Assembly: GCA_965235115.1 (NCBI GenBank)
Contig: OZ249445.1
Coordinates: forward strand, 7,874,001-7,938,000
Origin: Laetmonice hystrix
Taxonomy: Eukaryota
Length of the DNA stretch: 64,000 bases
Reading direction: 5' to 3'
Shown: piece by piece, positions 39,776 to 53,218 of the stretch
Position numbering within the stretch: the stretch's first letter is position 1
Layout: each line of letters starts with the position of its first letter
Notes under the pieces: generated by a model
Databases searched by the model: none
What the model saw: the letters and a program-made list of their open reading frames with translations, nothing else
Told to the model about the DNA's origin: nothing
Made by a program: the position numbers and the translations under genes

Positions 39776-42700
39776 CCAAGTGGTAGTATTTCCATTAGTT
39801 CTAGTGGTCCCTGTATTACCGGATCGCGCATCAAGGTCTGTAACCTTCAAGAATGCGGAGACATCCCAAGGGATCTGGCCAATCTCAGTATGGCAGGCTT
39901 GATCCTCACACCGACAGTTCCCCGCGCCAAACGCCCTCCGCGGGTTCCACGCCAGATAACCGTACATCAAAACACTTGGCAAGACGATTCCTTAGAAATC
40001 AGGATAATGGCCCTGGAACCACGCGAACGACAGTCCGGGTCTGGTGAATAGCAATCCACCATACTGGAGGGCAGCCCTGTCTGTTTGTGTCGTCTTGGTA
40101 CGCCCAGTTCCCTCCAACTGCTATAATTGAACTTTAGGCCTGGCTAAACAAATATGTAACCAGTAACCCCGGGGTCACCTATGTGCATTTGCTGGCTCCA
40201 GGTGGCCAGGCTTGGATGTTCTCACACAGATTCGGTCAATATTGGTGCCTGGCTTGAATACGATGACAGTGAGAGAAACTGTTTCATTAGATTCTAGCAA
40301 GGATATTCTAGATGATTTCACACCTTCTCGACAGGTGAAAATAATTCTCATAAAATAGCACGTCTGGCATAAAAATAGGAAGATGCCACTTCAAGTTTTC
40401 ACGTCACCACCTGTTATTGTTGGATGATCGTTTAGGTTGTGTTGTATCCCTCTGTACGCACGGCCTCTTACACTCGAGTTCCAAATGCACACATGTAGGG
40501 TCTTCCCACGGAATACCCGGTTTGGTAGTTTGGGTGACGAAAATACGTCCACCTTGGTATATGCACGTGTTCATTGCACTTCCATTAATATACAAGGTAA
40601 ACCATCGATAATCCACTGGTCAACATGTGCTCATAACGCATGTGAGAATCCGAGGTGTGGCCTGCACCCGCGTCGAAAGGGCCCGTGTATGGAGAGTGGC
40701 CGATAGGAAATCAATTGTGGCATCCGGTTTCGAGATTGGCTCTCCCCGTCAGGGTGCCACACACCCTCGTCATGTGACTTTTACAAGAGGCACTGATGAG
40801 AGACCTATAGGCCGACATGGTTATAAAAGCTTGTCTTAGTGGCCCCCATGAAGCAATGTACAGCCACTGTCAGACGGTTTTAGTCTATGTTCTGGCACAT
40901 CTTTGACTGAGGCGTCCTGCTCAGTTTGAGGGCTGTCCCAGTGGTAGTGTGTTACCTCCTGCCGAGGTCATTTGTCGACGATAACATACGCCCGGTCGTG
41001 TCCACGAGATTCCCGTAAGGTCTCTGACATCCTAAATTGACTGGACGGCAAATGAAATGGTCCTGGTGCTCGCAGCCAGAGCCGTTACATGGAAACCGCA
41101 TTACATGGCGAACCAAACGTAATAGGATCGCTCGGCGGTTGAGGATGATGCTATCATACGGCCCCAGCCGCTGTGACGGAGAACTTGACTGTTCACCAAG
41201 CCTAAGCCTATTCACCACATCTTGCTCCTCGAAGGTCCGTCCCGGACCAATTTGCTTGAAATTTAATCTTGAATCTTATTATTAGCAATCTGGCGGGTCC
41301 ATTGCAATGTAGTTGCTCGTAATGAAATTACGGCTATCGGAAAGACGAAAGGCCGACTGGCCGGAGGTACAGCCTGGAGGTAGGGGGTTGGCTTACTTGT
41401 CCCGCAGTTAACAGTTGGTTCCACGCTGGCTCGCGGAGACGCATGCCCAACTACCAGCTTTCCAACAGCCTGGGTCCTGACATTGCGGCCAAAACCATCA
41501 ATTGCCTTCTCGGGCTTTCCGCTGACTGTTGACTTACCACAAATATGCACACCTACTGGTTGGGAGCCCTGGCAGCGGAGGAAACGCCAAGTTGTCGAGT
41601 AGGCGAGCGCCGGTTTGATTGATTATCCGAGGTGGACGTGTAACGGCATGTCTTGTTCACGTAAACGGCGGCGGGGATCCGGTTGAGTAGGTCCGAAGTG
41701 TACGGGATCACGACAGCTCCATATTATACCTGCTCACAATTCAACAGTCAATAACTACGTCAGACACCTTTCGACGGACGAGCATTGGGTAGGAGCACAC
41801 CACGAGCCTGAGGTCGATAGTCGATAGGGGTCCGGCTGTCCAGGTCTTACTTATAATATGAGGTGATTAAAACATCCGTGTACATCTGGGCATGTATTTA
41901 CAGTTACACAATTAGCCGTTAGATGATAATTATGATCAATTCCTTCGTACGACTACATCAGGCGAAGCCAGGCAAGGTCATTGAAACAGTTGTGCCGCGT
42001 ACAATCCGTGCAAGCAGCTAATTATCCTGCAGATAGGCCTTGGCTCTCCCAGTCTCCACTTACACACGGAGCTTAACAAATTACGTTGATTATCCAATTA
42101 CCGCAACCAGCCAGATACCATTCTGTTAACCAGCGTTGGTGAGGAACCGGTTCCGGAGGCCCAGAGTGAAGCCAAATATCAAGGTGACGCTGGTCAGGGT
42201 GGTGCGTGCCGGAATTCCGGCCCGGCTCCCCAGGTCCCACGCATCCGGAAAGCTGGCAGCTTTTGGCGGGAAGGGCGGTGTGTATCGGGAGGGTACTGTT
42301 ACCAGCACGGCGCGCTGGATCAGACGACAGCGGTGTCGCTCGGACCTCCCTTAGCTTCCACCAGCGGCGGCCGGTTGGTTATGTAGGTGGACCCTGTACA
42401 CTGCGGAATGTCGTCACCAACACAAGCGCTTCATTTACAAGTCGACAGCAAAGTCCGTCTCCGCTCCACGCAAGACTTTCAGCTTGAACAACAAATCGCT
42501 TAGAAATGTTGTCGAGCGAGCAAAGAATAATTATATGTATAAATCCCGTCCAGGAAAAAGTATCCAGGCAAGTAATTATAGTGATGAATGGTCTGACAGA
42601 GCGATATGGGGAATGTCATATATGTGGAAACGGTCACTAATGAGGCAGTACCACATTGAGCTCATTAATGTGTACGGGAGTAAACCCGACTTCCTTCACG

Positions 42701-45700
42701 ATACATATCAGAAATCGACTTGGTTTCTTTCGAGTACAGACCTTTATCTTCCAATGCACATGTCTGTAATCGATCCAGCACAAAAAGTCAAACTATGGGC
42801 AAATTCGATCCTCTCTTGATAAATACAGATCAGCAAAGTATACATCTTCCTTTGGCATTGATGGAAACGGGACCTTCAGTGCATTTGCTGTATATACGTA
42901 TAAAATACAAATCTTCACAACGGATGGTGGCTATTGTCCCAGTCTGCTGACAGTGACCGATTGTATGAGAGTGTGCCGGTCGACTCATTCGTTTCCCGCC
43001 CCGACACCGTCCTATTGCAGACCGTTCTACCAGTGCCGCACGGTATGCCGCTCAACTGGGTCCTCTCTTCCGAATACGACGAACATGTGACACTTCCACG
43101 ACCAACGATACATTACCCGACATCATCAGTACACACGGTATACACATCACAGCAAACCCAAGTCACGAGTACCTTCCTTATTTAGCAGGCTAAGTTGATG
43201 CACATTTTTTACCACATCTGTAGGAGATTTAAACGGGCTTTGGTTGGAAGTAAATCATTCCAACTGGTTAGAACCCAAGTTGAAACGGTATGATCGTAAA
43301 TTGGGATGTGGTAATCGGGTAGTATGGCACGCAGCACATGGCGCCGTGGGCGGCCGGTCTAGCCGCCGGGCTAGCCGGGCGATTGGTGGCCGGGTGTCAG
43401 GGGGTGATGTCCTTATCACTAGGTGCTTGTCGTGGATATATCACCCAAACAGCACTCTGCTGAACGGTCGCCTCGATGGTATCATTTCGTCCGCCAGGTC
43501 GGCACCTTCCTGTGGGAGACAAAGTGAACCATCACGTACAAGGTAGCAGAAATCCGACCACGATCGTTGAGGTCTGAGGTGACACGGTCCTTAGGTATGG
43601 GTCTCTGCATTCAACACCAGCTTCACAGAAATCTGTTGATTCATCTTGTAAAAGTCTTCCCTCCTGTTTGAAGTATGCTATAAAAGTACCTTGTATAGGA
43701 GTTCCGTGGGCACAGACCAAGGTATCCGAGTTGGCCTGACTGGAAACTCCGGGTATTACATCGTTGACTGACACCTACCCGCTAACCAACAAGTCTGACA
43801 GATTGATGATGGAGGGTGCGGCCAACATCCACACAACCAATCGCGGATCAATGATAGTGTCTCTCTATCCACCAGACTACCCGGGCTGGCGGTCACCATC
43901 ACCCGCCCATCTCTGCCAACTCGCTCGTCCTCTCCTCTCACGCCAGTCCCGCACGTCCACCCACTTGAAGAGACGCTGCCCAGCCGCGTGGCAGTTGCCA
44001 CTCACAAGTAGTTGGTGGCCGCTGGCTCTTGCAGCAACCAGAGCGCCATCGACTGATGGTAGGACCGTACAGAGCAGATAGTCTCGTCACATGGTATCGC
44101 GCCCCGGCGCTACTACTTTCCCCAGCAGCATTACGTCCTTCCTCTCCCCACGGCGTCATCCCATGCTGACAGGAAGGACTGAGGAAGGAAGAGCCGAGCG
44201 ACAGGCACAGATCTGCTGTCATCACTTTGTAGGCGCCGTGAGGGCTCGCCAACCTCTGCCATCCCAACGTAAATAACCTGATAAATACTTAACGCTGGAC
44301 CGGGCTTCTGCCATTGGTTCTATTGGATTTTCCTTATTGCCGTGCGCTATGACTGCCCATATCTGATGAAAATGGAAAACCATATGTCCCAAGTCTGTGT
44401 CGGTCATTACTTATGGATGTACGTGCGGTGATACATGCGTACATATCTTCTCTCACCCGTGGATTTTCTTGTAGCCAGCGTCAACAGCTGCATACATTGT
44501 TGGAGATATTGACCATGCAGTCCGCGATATCAACTCCATTAAACAGTCTTTATGGGAACGGACCGGCGTTTCCACACTTTTCTTCCCACTGCCGCCGTAA
44601 ACCCCATCGATTCACGGCTTTTTCGTCTTGACGGTATCGGCGATCGCCTAATGAACACGTAGGCACTGAATGACATGGCCTGGGATGGGATCAAGAAAGA
44701 TCACGGTGATCGCCAAAGAAATTATCTCGCGATTCTAAAGGGAAAATGCGCTAGCTATAAAGGCTAGCCACTTAAGGGTTAGTCTCTATCGACTGGGTCT
44801 TTAGTGTTGGGATCGAGCGAGGGGCCGCGGACTTGGACCTGTGTCATGCAGCATTGATCCTTGGCGCTGATGACGGGGAGAAATAGGTATTCATCATGAC
44901 AAACGGCTGGCCCTGGGTCTCCCCAGATTTTTTATAATTAACCACGAACACGGGCGTGATGTCGATATGAAGACGGTAGGCGCGCCCCACAAAGGGACTA
45001 AACCATAGTGGTGAGCCGGTACTGTCCAGACCATTCAATTCAAGACCGCCCGGATGAGGGGCTGGGTTTGACAGACGGGCCATACTTGTCTGCTAGTAAT
45101 GATTTTCTCCCACCCCCTTTACGGTGCTGCCTTCAACATTTCCTCGAATATCGGAAACAGCCCCCTTTGTTCTCATTCTGAACCGGTCCTTCGCGGTATG
45201 CATCCGGCCCGGGTTATCTCCAGGGGGATTTTTGACAGGCTTTACATATTCCACCGCGCATACATTTCACAGCAACAATTATGTTGTTGTTGACTCACCG
45301 TCGATACAAGATATGTATCGACGGTGAACACATAAAGTACTGGAGATAATCTGCGCTCCCAAAGTGCCTTTCTGCCTATACCTCTTTCTGTTCAACCAAC
45401 CATGTCAAGATTTTTTCTTTGAAACATTAGTTGGAAATCGCCTGGAAAATAAAAGAACGCCCCCAAAAAGTATCATCAGACGAACTGGTGAAGTATGCTC
45501 GTTAAAGACGCCATTCATTATGTATCTGTGTACCCAAGGCTGGAACTTTCTTTCTGTAGGATATGGCAGTAAACCGTCATGTAGTCCCGCCCATGAACTC
45601 GTAACCACTGAAGCTTATTGCTCTCCAACGTGACCATTACACACACCTACATGCCCGCCTCTTTGTATAGCTTTACAGCACGCATCTACTTGTCCCACCC

Positions 45701-46165
45701 CATCTATACAGCAGTTTCAACCGAAACCGAATGAATTACTTCCAAGACACGACGATTTGTGCGTGTGAACGCCCACCACGCCACCTACAGGTCCACGCTC
45801 ACCTCCCTCCTCTCGTGCCTCTCGAGAGTCATCGAGACTGAACAACCTGCTATGGTCGAGAGGATGTAGTTTACGTCTCCGCCCCTGCTCATCAGTTAAA
45901 AAGTGCTGCCTCAATCCGAATAGGCCTAGTGAGAAATGGCTTGTATTTTACATATCTCTAATGGCCACGGCCGCTGTGGCTCGGGGACTGGGAGTACCGC
46001 GAGCTGGCAAGAAGACAACAATATGGTACTGTCGGGTAGAGAGCGGCATCACATGACCTGACATGCTTCCCGCCGAAAGGGATAATAAGTTTTACAAGGA
46101 TCCAGTCGAGGTTTCAGTACGGGTAGGGACACGTCCATTATTACGTTACACGCCTACATGCATGG

Positions 46166-46194
46166 GTGTGTGTGTGTGTGTGTGTGGGGGGGGG
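46166..46194. repeat. (GT)n microsatellite followed by a G run
   Basis: Read directly from the sequence. Confidence 0.9.
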
Positions 46195-47699
46195 CGCTAT
46201 GGAGGACAATACACATATATAGGCGATACATACACTTATATCTAAATCAATACATCGGTATCTATGGTTCTTTTAAATGACTAGGCATGGTAAGTTATAG
46301 TGTGTATCTATCCCTATCAAACAACACTTTTATAATGGACTTTACCTGCCTCCTTAATATTCCCCAAACTACGCCAAGTCTCTTTCTTCATGGTCGACTT
46401 GAAAATGCCTCTCTTGTCACCCCACGAACACGTCTTCGGAATACTGAAGAAGAATTTGTGAGATGTGAAATACATGACTATTAGATCTATGGCCAGTGGG
46501 AGCATATAGAAATGGGAAATGTGTTTACCTCTATATAAATATTTGTGCGTACTCAGTGTATAGAGCGTACACCAGTAGAGAGATTCACTCCGTTAGTTGG
46601 AAGACATCCTATCATGTACTCGCCTAATCACATGTTGCCTGTGTGACCAACCAGGCAGAGATTTCCTTAGATCACTGACGGGTATTACTTTATGAAACGC
46701 TGGGGTAATGATTACACCTCGGAAGTCCCGCGGCTCTATCATCTCGATTTTTTCTCTCATGTGGTGAGGAGTTTTTAAGGCCTTCAAATTTGTGTTGATG
46801 AATGGGTATAATTACGGCGAATCTAGGGGTGGAACCACTCAAATTGTTATTGGAAATCTACATACCGAGGTGTTTGTAGTACCACAGATGCTCGAAGCGT
46901 GATGGGCAACCATTTGGATATGTTTTTGATGTTAGAGTAAGAATCTGTTCAAGAAGAAATGAAAGATTTGAAGGTTAGTGTCCTGTAGGTTTGGATATCA
47001 GCTAGCCTATAAGGTAATTGATGAGTGAAGAATACATTCGAAATGTTGTGTATGTACACGCTACTTATTGCTATGATACATGACGAAACACGTACACAGG
47101 GACAACACCCTCCTGTTTTAGATTGGTGGCAATGGTTCTTCATCACACACCATGGCATAGATACGACGTTACAAACCCGGCCTTAGATAATTAAGTCAGG
47201 AGCACCGAGCGGAAGCTGCAGTTTTGTCCTTCTAATTATCATAATGGTTTGAGAAAAGATCGACAGACCAGCTTGGGAAAAAATAAGATTTTCCCGAAGA
47301 TACCTTTTCCTTTTCATGCCAAAAGCGAAGAAATTTCCTGTAGCAATTCAATTCTTCAATCCTACTGTTTGTTATTTTCGTCGGTTGACGACAAATACGC
47401 CTGTTAAATAAGTGTACGTCATTGGAAACTAGATTAATAGCGCTCGAGGCGCCATCATGCGGTTCCTTTGACCGCGATAGCAAAGCAAATATTTTATCCC
47501 TGTGACATGTCGTTATGAATTCAGAATGGAGACAGTAGTCGTAACCCAAAAGAAAAGTCCTTCTAATATTCTTCTCCCACAGATATTCACATTTTCCCCC
47601 CAAGAAAATGCCTTGATGTGCCATTAACAATAGAGGTGTGACCGTATGGATCGACTAGTACAGTACGTTTTTACGCAATAATGTTTTGGAAGGCAATAA

Positions 47700-47850
47700 T
47701 TCACGTTGACTTTGGGCGGGCCAGACCAGGCGGAACCTATCAGCCCCTCATACAGAAGTAACCAAGCGTGACACAGCCAGGACGGAAGTGAACGTGGGCG
47801 CGGCCATGCGCATCGCAAGGAAAATATGTCCGTCACGTGACTGCTCGAGG
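47700..47850. promoter_or_regulatory. Candidate CpG-rich core promoter
   Basis: Within 130 bp there is a GC box GGGCGGG (47714), an ETS motif CGGAAGTG (47783), GCCATGCGCAT (YY1/NRF1-like, about 47803) and a palindromic E-box GTCACGTGAC (47832). Motif-only evidence. Confidence 0.4.
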
Positions 47851-49204
47851 CTGATCAGTTAACACGAGAGCGGGAGTTACCGAGCGAGACTCGCCAAACG
47901 AACGGCGGTTCTAATCTGGCCGGTTGTAAAGTACCATTGATCTGAGGCGCGTGTATTCTGATCCCTCAGTGGCCACCCACCACGTGATGGACAAGCCAAT
48001 GAGGGACCCAAGACGACATTTTGCCACCCCACTCCGTGTTTGGGACCAAACATCTACAAATAACACCATTTCCTTTTTTGACGCACCAGTCTCGTCATTA
48101 ATGGAATACGATACAAAAACAAAAAAAGCTCTCCTAGATGGAGACCATTGGAAGGGTTGGTGAAAGATTACAAGCTTATTGTCAAACTGATGCTTACCGT
48201 CCAAATGATATAATCACGGATGAAATAGATATTTAGTTCAATAAAATGCACACACTTACCTTAAATTTATATAGATTATTTGAGACCCCCCCCCCTCCAA
48301 CAATAACACAACAGAAGTCGTCGGCATATAGTGGTTACCAGATAATGTCGATCGACATAAGTATAGTCGTTTGAAATATCCATGTGCTTGATTACATTAT
48401 GGACGTTTTGATTTTTCATTTCCATAATACTAGTAGCTTAAATCATACGGTCTTTATTAAGACGAACCAGACAAATATTATTTGAAATAATATGACAGAA
48501 AGCTATTTGTAATATCTATACCATGCATGCCAACAAAGTATTATTACCTTGTGCACACGCCACACAGAAAAAGGAATGTTGTTAATATACTGGTAATTCA
48601 TACAAAACACAATGCGATACTCATTCTGTTTTCTTTTAAGATCACTTTTCATTACAAAATACTTTTTAAATCTTTTTTAAACATGCTTTGTGTAACACAG
48701 CTGTTAACTCGTTGAGAGAATAAAAGGCCTTTGTGCATGGATAATTACATAAAGGTTTTAGTGCATGGCTTATAGATAGGGCAGGTGTGCCCGTCCCCTT
48801 CCATGTACGCCTTGATATCAGGTATAGCAAACATAACGTTTCGAGATCCTACAATTCTTTAACGTTCACAAACCAGTGGGCACCTACCCACACGTATACT
48901 AACTCGTATCACCTATTTCACACTTTGATCACGTCCTTTGCCACCTTTAATGGTTCTCGTATCTACCGGGTATTCCAGATTGTAACCTAAATTGAAAGAG
49001 TGCGTTCAAACTGCTATATCACCTCTTCAAGGTGAAATGAATTTATATGCAAATTTTTCTTAATCTCATCTTCAAAATACGGCCTCCTCCCAAAGACCTG
49101 CATAAAATATAGTATATGGCAAATTAACACCAGTTTGATGATGAGACGAAGTGAAGGCTTTGAAGTCCCGTGATGACAGGGATGACACGTATACGGCGAC
49201 GGAG

Positions 49205-49335
49205 CTGGGTGCGGGTGCGGGTGGGGTGTGGACAGGGTGCGGGTGGGGTGTGGACAGGGTGCGGCGGGGTGCGGACGGGGTGCGGACGGGGTGCGGGCGG
49301 GGTGCGAGCGGGGTGCGGGCGGGGTGCGGGCGGGG
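49205..49335. repeat. GC-rich short-period repeat (GGGGTGCGG(G/A)C-like, about 11 bp)
   Basis: Degenerate tandem units; the source of the G/R/P-rich spurious ORFs at 49124-49402. Confidence 0.85.
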
Positions 49336-49478
49336 TGCGGACGGGGTGCGGACGGCCCTGAGCTGGGATCTCTTTCACTTGTAAGACCTGTAAGTGGAGC
49401 ACCGTAAAGGCCGTAAGTGATTATACTCGTGATGAGATGGGCAGAGGCGCTGAGCGCATAAAAAGTTAACCATGGTCT

Positions 49479-49483
<5 letters not shown>

Positions 49484-49554
<71 letters not shown>
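49484..49554. repeat. (GA)n microsatellite, about 30 units, plus a G run
   Basis: Read directly from the sequence. Confidence 0.98.
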
Positions 49555-51038
49555 AATTTTTGGTATTGGTCGAAAACAACGACCTAGCAACCATTCATTT
49601 CTATGTTAAATTATCGACGTTGTTATTATCGACCTTTAGTAAAACCGGCCCCAGTTCTGGCTTTCAGCTCTCAATTCTCTGTAACCTTTAAAATATGGAT
49701 CAAGTTAGCTAAGATGATCAATTTCTTCAAGGGACAATCATTATAGGCTACCAATCGAGACCCACATGGACTGTTTTGTTGCTTAATGTTTTTTAATAGG
49801 CTTTACTTCAACAAGAGAAGCGGAAAATTGGTATTTTGAGATAAATATGACTATGCCTTTCCACTAACAAATTCTAAGCATTCAATATCACGTTATTCCT
49901 TTTAATCAGAAACACAATCTCACATCTTCGGCCTCTTAGATCTTCTTAATAAAAGATTAGGTACGCATATTATGATAACAGCTTTCAAGAATAGATGTCC
50001 ACGAACAACAAGGGTTTTTTTCCGCTGATATTTACTATTCAATATCTGATGAGGCGGAGTCCAAAACAATACTCAATATATCTGGAGAACGTGCAGTAGG
50101 CTATTCAATTAATCAAATGCCCGGTTTGGCAAATATCGCATAATTATGTCGAAACCAAACTAGGATGAGACACCATTTCTTTCATTCCTTTCAGGTCGCC
50201 TGCCAATCCCATTTTCATGATTTTCTCTCGGGTCCACACTTCCATATAATACGCGACCTTTAGTGTTACATCTACTTGATGCTATTGAGATTTATACCAA
50301 TTTCCTAATGTCACAAAAAGATTATATTTAGCTTTATAACAAGAATATTCCAATATATTAGGTTTTCATATAGGCCTATCCTATCCTTAAGGTTGGGTGC
50401 GTTTGGTAGTGATGTTTAACTGAATTCTATTGCGCTTGGCCACCGAAATAAGGGCTCGTCTCCAAAAAAGAGAAAAGGCTAGAAAATTCTGACTTTCTGG
50501 ACTGGGAATATAGGCGTAAATCCACAGATTGGGTTAATCTCGAGACTAACTACGTCCTTGCATCCGGCCATTTATGACAGATGTCGCTTCGTATATGTGC
50601 AATGATTTTTGCCAGACTGTTATAATTTAGACAGCAGTACAGATTATAGACCATATCAGTGTCTACATAACATTGATCTGTCGCGAATAAAACGTAAAAG
50701 TGAGACGCAATCTCGAACTCCAACCCACCGTGGCACGCGTGAATGTAATGTAATATTATTAGTCAAAGTCCCTGCATGCAGAGGCTCCATATATCTTTGT
50801 GCCGACGGTCATGCCAATGAGAGGATCACTCCCGACAGTTCTCATGAATCAAGAAGTATACTCCCCGAGACTAGCTCACTGGTCACGATCGTGGGAGCGG
50901 AAAGTTATGGCTACCCCCCCCCCCCCCCAACCAACCCACACCAAGCCACTCCAACAAAGATTCTAGGAAATTGCCGAAGAAAAGCCACTCGGTTTACTCT
51001 TTTGTTTATAGAGGATAAAGGTGCTGATAGTTTGGCCA

Positions 51039-51548
51039 GGTTGTGTCGATAGTTAGTTTGATGAGTTATAAGATGATAGGTTGTGTCGATAGTTAGTTTG
51101 ATGAGTTATAAGATGATAGGTTGTGTCGATAGTTAGTTTGATGAGTTATAAGATGATAGGTTGTGTCGATAGTTAGTTTGATGAGTTATAAGATGATAGG
51201 TTGTGTCGATAGTTAGTTTGATGAGTTATAAGATGCCAGGTTGTGTCGATAGTTAGTTTGATGAGTTATAAGATGCCAGGTTGTGTCTATAGTTAGTTTG
51301 ATGCGTTATAAGATGCCAGGTTGTGTCTATAGTTAGTTTGATGAGTTATAAGATGCCAGGTTGTGTCTATAGTTAGTTTGATAAGTTATAAGATGCCAGG
51401 TTGTGTCTATAGTTAGTTTGATAAGTTATAAGATGCCAGGTTGTGTCTATAGTTAGTTTGATAAGTTATAAGATGACAGGTTGTGTCGATAGTTAGTTTG
51501 ATAAGTTATAAAATGACAGGTTGTGTCGATAGTTAGTTTGATGCGTTG
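51039..51548. repeat. 40-bp minisatellite (GGTTGTGTCGATAGTTAGTTTGATGAGTTATAAGATGATA), about 12.7 copies
   Basis: Units start at 51039 + 40n. Variants lie in blocks (GATA, then GCCA, then GACA; GTCGAT, then GTCTAT, then GTCGAT). Confidence 0.98.
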
Positions 51549-53218
51549 ATAAAGGTACCTGCTATAAGATGACCCAATAATCCCCCTACCAGAGGTCTGA
51601 CACGGTAATTCGGACTTGATTTGAGCGACATGAAGGGCGACACAACGTCGCTACTTCAAATCTCGTCGGCCATGCGATCAACTAATGAGACGCTTGGCTT
51701 ATTGCGTGCTCTGTCGTCTGCAATTTATCTAGAATGAAATTTATTTAACTAATCTGCACTAAATAGGCAGAGGATAAAGGCGCGCCAATAACCCCGCCTG
51801 ACAAGTGGCACTGGTGGCGGAGAAGCGATGGTGGAAGGACAGCTCTCCATACAGTTCGGCTGAAGAATACATATTGTCTTGGGACGAATCACATCTCAAA
51901 TGCAGTGACGCTAAAACCCGCCTATTCAAGAAATTGAGCAAATTATTTTTAACATTATAAGATTATTTCTAACAGGTATTTTTAGTAAGGTTATCGATTC
52001 AAATGGTCAAAAGAACGGCGTATTTGTAAATTTCTGCTTGGTTTAACCGTTCAATGAATGCGTGGTCACAGCAAGGCATTTAGTTTATATACGTGAACAA
52101 TGACAGCGGAACTATTTGCATGTTAATGTACAAAATGGCGATGTTCTTATTGGATGCTGATGGCGTCCCCTCGTCAAATAATAGGCGCCGGGGCTGCCAA
52201 TATTATAGAGGCAAGAGAAACGGCTTTTCATTTTCATACTATCCTTTCTTGGAGGTCATACATAATTTAAATTGTATAATAATGCTGATGCTCCTTTGGA
52301 ATGTGTTGGCTGCAATTCGGCAGACGATTTGGGTCCCAAGTGTAGCGTTCCTCCCCAACAATTTATAATTAAGACGCCGGCACCACGTGCTGTTTACGCC
52401 CGCCTGGCATCTGCTCCATTGTCTTCAGCAATGTATCAAACCGTGGGACGCCCGCGATTGTCGGATGGCGTGTGGTACTCTAACTGGAAATTTTGCTACC
52501 GTCCCCCAGTGTCAGGGTGCCATTCAAACAAGCTTTATTCTTTGCCTGACTGTTGCTGTTTTCTTTCAATGTACACATCGATTCACGTGATGTGTGGAAC
52601 CGGCCATTGTTGAACATCTATTACGGCATCGGAAAAGTAGGCCTACGGCGGCATGTGGGGGAGGGTGGGGAGAAGTGGATCGGTATGTGTGTCACTGTGG
52701 GGCTCTGTGGGACGGGGTGGGGCAGGGGGACAGGGGACGGGGGAGACTGGCAGATCAGACGGGTAGGTGGGAGGGGCTAGGAGTATGTGGCGGGAAGGGC
52801 ACGCCAGGTGGCGCTACAGTGATACACGGATTAGATCAGATCGATCTCCCTACCTATACGTCCTTATTTCCATTTTTGGCTTCAATACCATGACAATCAG
52901 CGGGGCCATTCTTGATTTGATACTTGTTATTGTATGTCGCCACTACCTGACAGTGGCCTCAGAAATGGGATGGTATTCATGAATATAAATTACATAAAAA
53001 TTTCTCGTTTCTTACGGTTATCTCTTCGTATACCTTACTATTCACAGAGGGCGTTGACTTGTATCATTTGTTCACTATCGAGAGGGCCACAATGGAATAA
53101 TTCTACATTGTAGAAGAATGGTAGAATAAGTCATTCTACATATACCATCGTATTCACTGTCAACAGTGCTTGTCATCCGTGCTTGTCATCCTAACTCCGT
53201 CGGTGGCAATCTGCTGAT

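Noticed and set aside
38519-39982. ORFs overlapping or antisense to the LRR gene
   Set aside because: Shadow frames of a real CDS with no independent domain signal.
42484-42819. L1/Tx1 endonuclease-like IELINVYG
   Set aside because: A single weak motif; no GDFN or SDH motif.
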